Positions 27,579 to 32,000 of a stretch of DNA of 32,000 bases are shown piece after piece. Numbering within the stretch: the stretch's first letter is position 1; the number at the start of each line of letters is the position of its first letter. Under the pieces are notes generated by a model, which was given only the letters and a program-made list of their open reading frames with translations, was not told where the DNA came from and ran no database searches. The DNA lies in NCBI GenBank assembly GCA_016700375.1, contig CP065016.1, forward strand, positions 1,224,495-1,256,494. The letters run 5' to 3'. Source of the stretch: Candidatus Saccharimonadota bacterium. GTDB taxonomy: Bacteria; Patescibacteriota; Saccharimonadia; Saccharimonadales; UBA4665. The position numbers and the translations under genes were made by a program.

Positions 27579-28055
27579 ATGCATTACTTAGTACGATTAA
27601 TAGTTGAAGCTGATAGCGCTGAAGAAGCGAATAGTCAGGCAGATTCCGTGATGATGGATCTCATCGAATGGAGAGAGTTTGACTGGTATCACACCGAAGC
27701 TGACGATAGCCGGTGGGAAGATTGCTGGAAACCGATGCGTCTGAGCACCAAGAAAGCGCAAGCTATGGTACAGGATGCGATGCAAGGTCAACTTGCAGAG
27801 TTCAAGCAAACAATAGCGACTATCCGCATTATGCTAGACAGCTATAGTGACGAGCAGATATTTAACGAGGAGTTCCAGCAAGTGGATGGACACTACCTGT
27901 CTCGATATCAGTTCAGTCGAGCGAGCGGCTACCATGCGAATGCGTGCCAGCTTTTCGGTGAGGGTGGAGATTCCATCACGAGCCAGAAGCAGCTTGAATG
28001 GTACTTGAAAGATACCACTAGATTATGGGTTGTCCAAGTAGACTGCCATAACTAA
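27579..28055 (+). CDS. hypothetical protein (158 aa)
   Basis: The RBS is AAAGGAG. The ORF is in the same orientation as its neighbours, and I recognised no family. Confidence 0.65.
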   Translation: MHYLVRLIVEADSAEEANSQADSVMMDLIEWREFDWYHTEADDSRWEDCWKPMRLSTKKAQAMVQDAMQGQLAEFKQTIATIRIMLDSYSDEQIFNEEFQQVDGHYLSRYQFSRASGYHANACQLFGEGGDSITSQKQLEWYLKDTTRLWVVQVDCHN

Positions 28056-28113
28056 GCAGTACGTCCTGAGCATGACGATAAACGGCTCGCTTTTTTAATT
28101 TAAGGAGAATGTT

Positions 28114-28419
28114 ATGAAGATTAGTGAAAATATCCTACGAGAAGAATATAGCTACCGTGGCGGCGGTTGCGAGCTGAACTTGACTGAGTTTGGCTACGAA
28201 GATGAGCTTTTGAGTGCTTACCAAAACTATCTAGGTGGTGGCATGCTTGGCTCGATTGGTAATAGCTGTACTGTCGAGGATTGGCGGCAAGATGAGAAAC
28301 TCATCAAGCTAGCCGATGAGCTGCGAGAATACTATCAGGATCGGATGTATGAGTTCGAGTGTATCGACGAATATAACGAGATAACCGAGGGGCGACCCAT
28401 CAGTTATCCAGGGCTGTAA
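28114..28419 (+). CDS. small acidic hypothetical protein (101 aa)
   Basis: The RBS is AAGGAG. My count is about 22 D/E versus 9 K/R. Confidence 0.65.
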   Translation: MKISENILREEYSYRGGGCELNLTEFGYEDELLSAYQNYLGGGMLGSIGNSCTVEDWRQDEKLIKLADELREYYQDRMYEFECIDEYNEITEGRPISYPGL

Positions 28420-28825
28420 GTAGCCCTCATCCTGAGTAAGATGTAAAACTACTCATCAGGAACAGGCACACTGGCCGCACCATGCAACATAGCCCTTTGG
28501 GCTAGTTGCATCGTCCGTCCAGCTCAAGCAGCAGATAACGACACCGCTCCATACTTACCCCCTCGGACTATCACATGCGTCCCGCAGTGAAGTCCTCGTG
28601 TGCAAGAATGAATCATGTCCTGGACGTACCTCTGGTACGACATCGGTTAATAATTAAATGATTAGTCACCATCAAGCACGACGGGCGGCACGTATTCTCC
28701 TTTGGAGAAAACGTACACACCCGACGCACTCGCTGGCAACAAAGGCTCGTAATAGATCAAACAGGCGCGACCATGACACGACGCAAGCTTACGCGTCATC
28801 GTCACGCTATCCTCATATCCGTAAA

Positions 28826-29611
28826 CTAATCGAAAAGCGCAGTCTGTTTTTTCGGGTTAAAGGGGGAAGACCAGATATGTGCGGCTGGTTTGTCGAACGC
28901 CGTGAGTGCTGAGGCGAGTATCGGCAGTTCACCCTCATCCATGCCCATGCCCTCTAGCTTCTTGTTTGTGGTATAGAGAAAGCTGAACTTTGCGGCGCTA
29001 TCTTTTAAGACAAAACATATATGGGGATAGTTATCACCCTCCCAGCTTTCATCTTCGCTATGCGTGATAATTTCATCGAGGCGCTTGCGGACTATATATG
29101 GTGGCTTATCATCGGCAATGACTACGATAGCCTCTTTACCGTCTGGTGTGCGTATGTAGAGGTCTGGACGGTTTTTGGGGAATTGTCGGAAACGGTTGAT
29201 CTCGGTCTTTGAGAACACGGCCGAGTCTTTAGGCAGGTATTTGATAATAGCCGTGTAGCATTGTATGAGCTTCATGCTATGACTAACGAAATCATCAGTC
29301 ATTTCATCATTCTTGTACAGGGCATGTACAACAGACTCTTTGACATCCATGAGCTTGCGGACGGCCGTAACGCCGCTTTTATTCAGGTAATAATAGGCAG
29401 GCTTTCTATCAATACGGAACTTCGGCTCATAGACTTTTGCCACTAACTTTTTACTAACTAATTGCTCTAATACTTCATAGACACTGACCCTATGAATACC
29501 CATAACATCTGCTAATAATCCTGCTGATACAAATCGAAACTTGAATAATAACTTTAAGACACGTTGCTGCTGACCTGTTAGTTTTTGACCTTTTACATCT
29601 CCATCCATCAC
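28826..29611 (-). CDS. replication-relaxation (Replic_Relax)-like winged-helix protein
   Basis: N-terminal LTGQQQRVLKLLFKFRFVSAGLLADVMGIHRVSVYEVLEQLVSKKLVAKV is a MarR-like wHTH. The size and layout resemble Replic_Relax proteins of Gram-positive mobile elements. Confidence 0.6.
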   Translation of the reverse strand: MMDGDVKGQKLTGQQQRVLKLLFKFRFVSAGLLADVMGIHRVSVYEVLEQLVSKKLVAKVYEPKFRIDRKPAYYYLNKSGVTAVRKLMDVKESVVHALYKNDEMTDDFVSHSMKLIQCYTAIIKYLPKDSAVFSKTEINRFRQFPKNRPDLYIRTPDGKEAIVVIADDKPPYIVRKRLDEIITHSEDESWEGDNYPHICFVLKDSAAKFSFLYTTNKKLEGMGMDEGELPILASALTAFDKPAAHIWSSPFNPKKQTALFD

Positions 29612-29826
29612 TACTTCTCTCTCCTATACGTAGTATATATAAAGGGAGAGTAAATGTATAGCTTCTGTATCTGTTAATAAATACCTATTTACCTGCTATG
29701 CACAGTAGGTAAATTATACATCAAGATATTGGGTAATTAGTATTGCTTTTTATTTTAATTAGTAATACTATTTATATAGAGGTTGTACATTAATAATTCG
29801 GCTAGTTACAGGTAAAAAGGAGGGGT

Positions 29827-29979
29827 ATGATTGACAGAGAATTACTCGAAAAAGAAGCAATGGCGGAAGTGTGTGCGTGCTGGTATTACGACCTAGCGGA
29901 CACGCTTTATGAGACACCAGACAGCGACTTACAGGCTATCGTTAGCCATTCACATAAATGTGAGACTTGTGGCCATTAA
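29827..29979 (+). CDS. small Cys-containing hypothetical protein (50 aa)
   Basis: Own translation gives MIDRELLEKEAMAEVCACWYYDLADTLYETPDSDLQAIVSHSHKCETCGH. It follows AAAGGAGGGGT and is below the ORF-track size cutoff. Confidence 0.4.
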   Translation: MIDRELLEKEAMAEVCACWYYDLADTLYETPDSDLQAIVSHSHKCETCGH

Positions 29980-30007
29980 ATAGCATTACATGTTAAAATA
30001 AGGACAT

Positions 30008-30211
30008 ATGTCCAGAAAGATAGTCAGTATGCAAATTCGTGTCACAGACGACCTGCGCGAACGAGCAAAGGTTGTTGCAAAGAAAAATGGGCTTACGTTA
30101 AGTGAGCTTATACTTCAACTGCTGGCAAGCACTGGAGACAAGCAGCTCAAAGAGCTAGCTAAAAAAGAACTCGATGAGCGCCCAAAGCCAGGACGACCCT
30201 GGGATAAATAA
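30008..30211 (+). CDS. ribbon-helix-helix (CopG/Arc-like) DNA-binding protein
   Basis: MQIRVTDDLRERAKVVAKKNGLTLSELILQLL fits a beta-strand, helix, helix pattern. Confidence 0.6.
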   Translation: MSRKIVSMQIRVTDDLRERAKVVAKKNGLTLSELILQLLASTGDKQLKELAKKELDERPKPGRPWDK

Positions 30212-30284
30212 AACTATTATCTAGCCGAATTGTTAAGACGTACCAGCCTCGGAACGTCTTTTTTAACGTATTACGGAGGGTAAT

Positions 30285-30509
30285 ATGGATCGCAACAGTA
30301 CAAACAATTCGCAGGAAGTCGCCGCAGGCTTCTACTCTCCGAGTGAGGAGCAGATTGTATTGCTGCAATCTATATTGCAGAAAGAATCACATGAATCAGT
30401 TTCGCTCAAAGAAGCGCAGGAGGTGGGCATACAGCTCGTGTCACTCTACGAGTGTCTGGCAAGGGATAGGACGCCCCCTATTGGAGTAAGAGGAAATGAT
30501 GAATCCTGA
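30285..30509 (+). CDS. hypothetical protein upstream of the recombinase (possible directionality factor, speculative)
   Basis: The RBS is GGAGGG. The 3' end overlaps the recombinase start by 14 nt. Confidence 0.5.
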   Translation: MDRNSTNNSQEVAAGFYSPSEEQIVLLQSILQKESHESVSLKEAQEVGIQLVSLYECLARDRTPPIGVRGNDES

Positions 30510-31995
30510 TGAAATAGGCGTTATTCTCGCTCGTGTCTCAACTAAGGGGCAGGAAGATGAGGGTTATTCGCTTGAGGCTCAGGTTAAAAATCTGAGGATG
30601 TATTGTACGAATACGCGAATCAATCCGATTAAAGTCTTCAAGATTGCTGAGTCCGCATCAAAGACTGAGCAGCGCAAGATATTCAAAGAAGCCATGCAGT
30701 TTGTGGAGAAAAAACACGTTAAGAACCTCATTGTCGAAAAGGTAGACCGCCATGTGCGCAATCTGCATGATGCGGTCGAGACGCATGACTGGCTCACTAA
30801 AGACGAGACGAGAAAAGTACACTTCGTTAAAGATGCAATTGTTCTACATAAAAACTCTCGATCTCAAGAGTGGCTTAACTGGGGTATGCGTGTCGTTCTT
30901 GCTAAGAACTACATCGATAACCTACGTGAAGAAGCCATGAAAGGATGGGCCGAAAAACTAGCGCAAGGCTGGATGCCAGCACCACCACCCCCAGGCTATA
31001 TGACCGTTGTTCGCGATGGTAAGCGTATTCACGACTTCAACCCCGAAACCTACAAGTCTATGCAGCGAATTTTTCAGCTCATGCTTGAACCTCAGTACAC
31101 CATAGAAACGATCCGTCATAAAATGACAGAGTTTGGGCTGGTGACCGGTAAAGGCAGACCATTCTCCAAGAGCCATGCACATAGAATACTGACAAATCCA
31201 TTCTACATAGGAACCATTCGCTTTAATGGCAACGAATACCCAGGTAAGCAGCCACACCTGATATCCGAAGAGCTGTTTAATGCAGTACAAGCCAAAATCT
31301 CACGCAAACGACCTGCGAAGTATCGCAAGCACAACCCATTACTCAAGGGTGTAATGATCTGTGAACACTGTGGTAAGAACATTACGTGGCAGCTCCAGAA
31401 AGGCCGATTGTACGGCTCATGTCAGCGTAAGTTAGAGGCTTGCAAGAAACAGAGCTTTGTCCGCGAAGATGCCGTCCTAGAGCTTATCCAAGGCAAGCTG
31501 GACGAACTTATCTGCCCATCTCCTGAGGTTATAACGTGGCTGACGACGTTACTGCATCAAGACTTCCAACTGTCAGTCAACAACGTCGAAGAGGCCCAGA
31601 AAGCCCTTGACGAGCGAATTGAGCGTATCAAGCGGATGGATGACATGCTGTATGACGATAAGCTGGCCGGACTTATTTCTGGCGAGCGCTATCAGAGTAA
31701 GCATGATTCATTCATTAGTGAAATTAATGATCTGCAAAAGCAGAAAGGAGGCGTAAGCCAAGAATACGAAACTAAGTACATGAATGGGATATCCGAGATA
31801 GAGCTGTCACAGGACGCTAAACGGCTATTCGCAGACGAAAATACAAGCAGTGACGACAAACGAATAATTTTAACCAAACTATTCGAGAAGATCAGCCTAA
31901 AAGACAATTCCGTATCTGTTACGTACACCAAACTGACACAGGCAATAGCTCGAAATAGCGGTTTAAGTAAGGAGATTTTGGGATATGCAAAATAA
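30496..31995 (+). CDS. large serine recombinase (integrase)
   Basis: N-terminal resolvase domain GVILARVSTKGQEDEGYSLEAQ with the catalytic Ser, a recombinase domain, the Cys cluster CEHCGKNITWQ...GSCQRKLEAC, and a coiled-coil tail. Confidence 0.9.
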   Translation: MMNPDEIGVILARVSTKGQEDEGYSLEAQVKNLRMYCTNTRINPIKVFKIAESASKTEQRKIFKEAMQFVEKKHVKNLIVEKVDRHVRNLHDAVETHDWLTKDETRKVHFVKDAIVLHKNSRSQEWLNWGMRVVLAKNYIDNLREEAMKGWAEKLAQGWMPAPPPPGYMTVVRDGKRIHDFNPETYKSMQRIFQLMLEPQYTIETIRHKMTEFGLVTGKGRPFSKSHAHRILTNPFYIGTIRFNGNEYPGKQPHLISEELFNAVQAKISRKRPAKYRKHNPLLKGVMICEHCGKNITWQLQKGRLYGSCQRKLEACKKQSFVREDAVLELIQGKLDELICPSPEVITWLTTLLHQDFQLSVNNVEEAQKALDERIERIKRMDDMLYDDKLAGLISGERYQSKHDSFISEINDLQKQKGGVSQEYETKYMNGISEIELSQDAKRLFADENTSSDDKRIILTKLFEKISLKDNSVSVTYTKLTQAIARNSGLSKEILGYAK

Positions 31996-32000
31996 CGATA

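Noticed and set aside
26233-28460. Post-gene hairpin motifs as integron attC sites (a gene-cassette array)
   Set aside because: I could not find the paired RYYYAAC / GTTRRRY inverse core sites (only the AAAC half is recurrent). The elements are much shorter than typical attC sites. No IntI-type tyrosine integrase is present, and each gene has its own RBS and shared leaders.
28658-28912. 84-aa plus-strand ORF in the non-coding region
   Set aside because: There is no RBS, the composition is extremely basic and Arg/His-rich, and the ORF overlaps the 3' end of the well-supported minus-strand 261-aa gene.

Overview
This densely coded 32-kb window reads as part of an integrative/conjugative-type mobile element carrying cargo. 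All homology calls are by-eye motif recognition and no searches were run. (1) 1-8349, minus strand: five translationally coupled genes. They are an MmeI-family N6-adenine DNA methyltransferase, an SF2 DExH helicase, a T5orf172/GIY-YIG protein, a DUF262/DUF1524 (GmrSD-like) protein and a truncated unknown gene. I cannot assign this composite restriction-like defence operon to a canonical system. (2) 8670-16565, plus strand: a minimal Gram-positive/CPR-style type IV secretion module. It has two VirB2/TrbC-like modules (one fused to a VirB6-like domain), a PrgI/VirB3-like protein, VirB4 split into two ORFs, a CHAP hydrolase and a VirD4-type coupling protein. (3) 16589-19441: a complete diversity-generating retroelement (DGR). 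The GC-rich target gene has a C-terminal VR, and the TR lies 495 bp downstream. 12 of the 13 VR/TR differences fall at TR adenines. An Avd and a DGR-type RT are also present. The architecture is unusual in three ways: avd is antisense and sits between TR and RT; the 5' ends of avd and RT overlap across a 49-bp (CT)n microsatellite; and the cassette is bracketed by an imperfect direct repeat that duplicates the coupling-protein C-terminal tail. (4) 19566-25734, minus strand: a HAD-like protein, an FtsK-like protein with degenerate Walker motifs, and a run of small membrane proteins with a duplicated stop/start junction and an attenuator-like leader. (5) 25776-28460: four small, mostly acidic plus-strand genes (one DUF3768-like) with duplicated leaders and a repeated post-stop motif. 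(6) 28440-31995: a structured non-coding region (oriT candidate), a Replic_Relax-like wHTH protein, an RHH protein and a large serine recombinase. I saw no rRNA, tRNA or CRISPR array.
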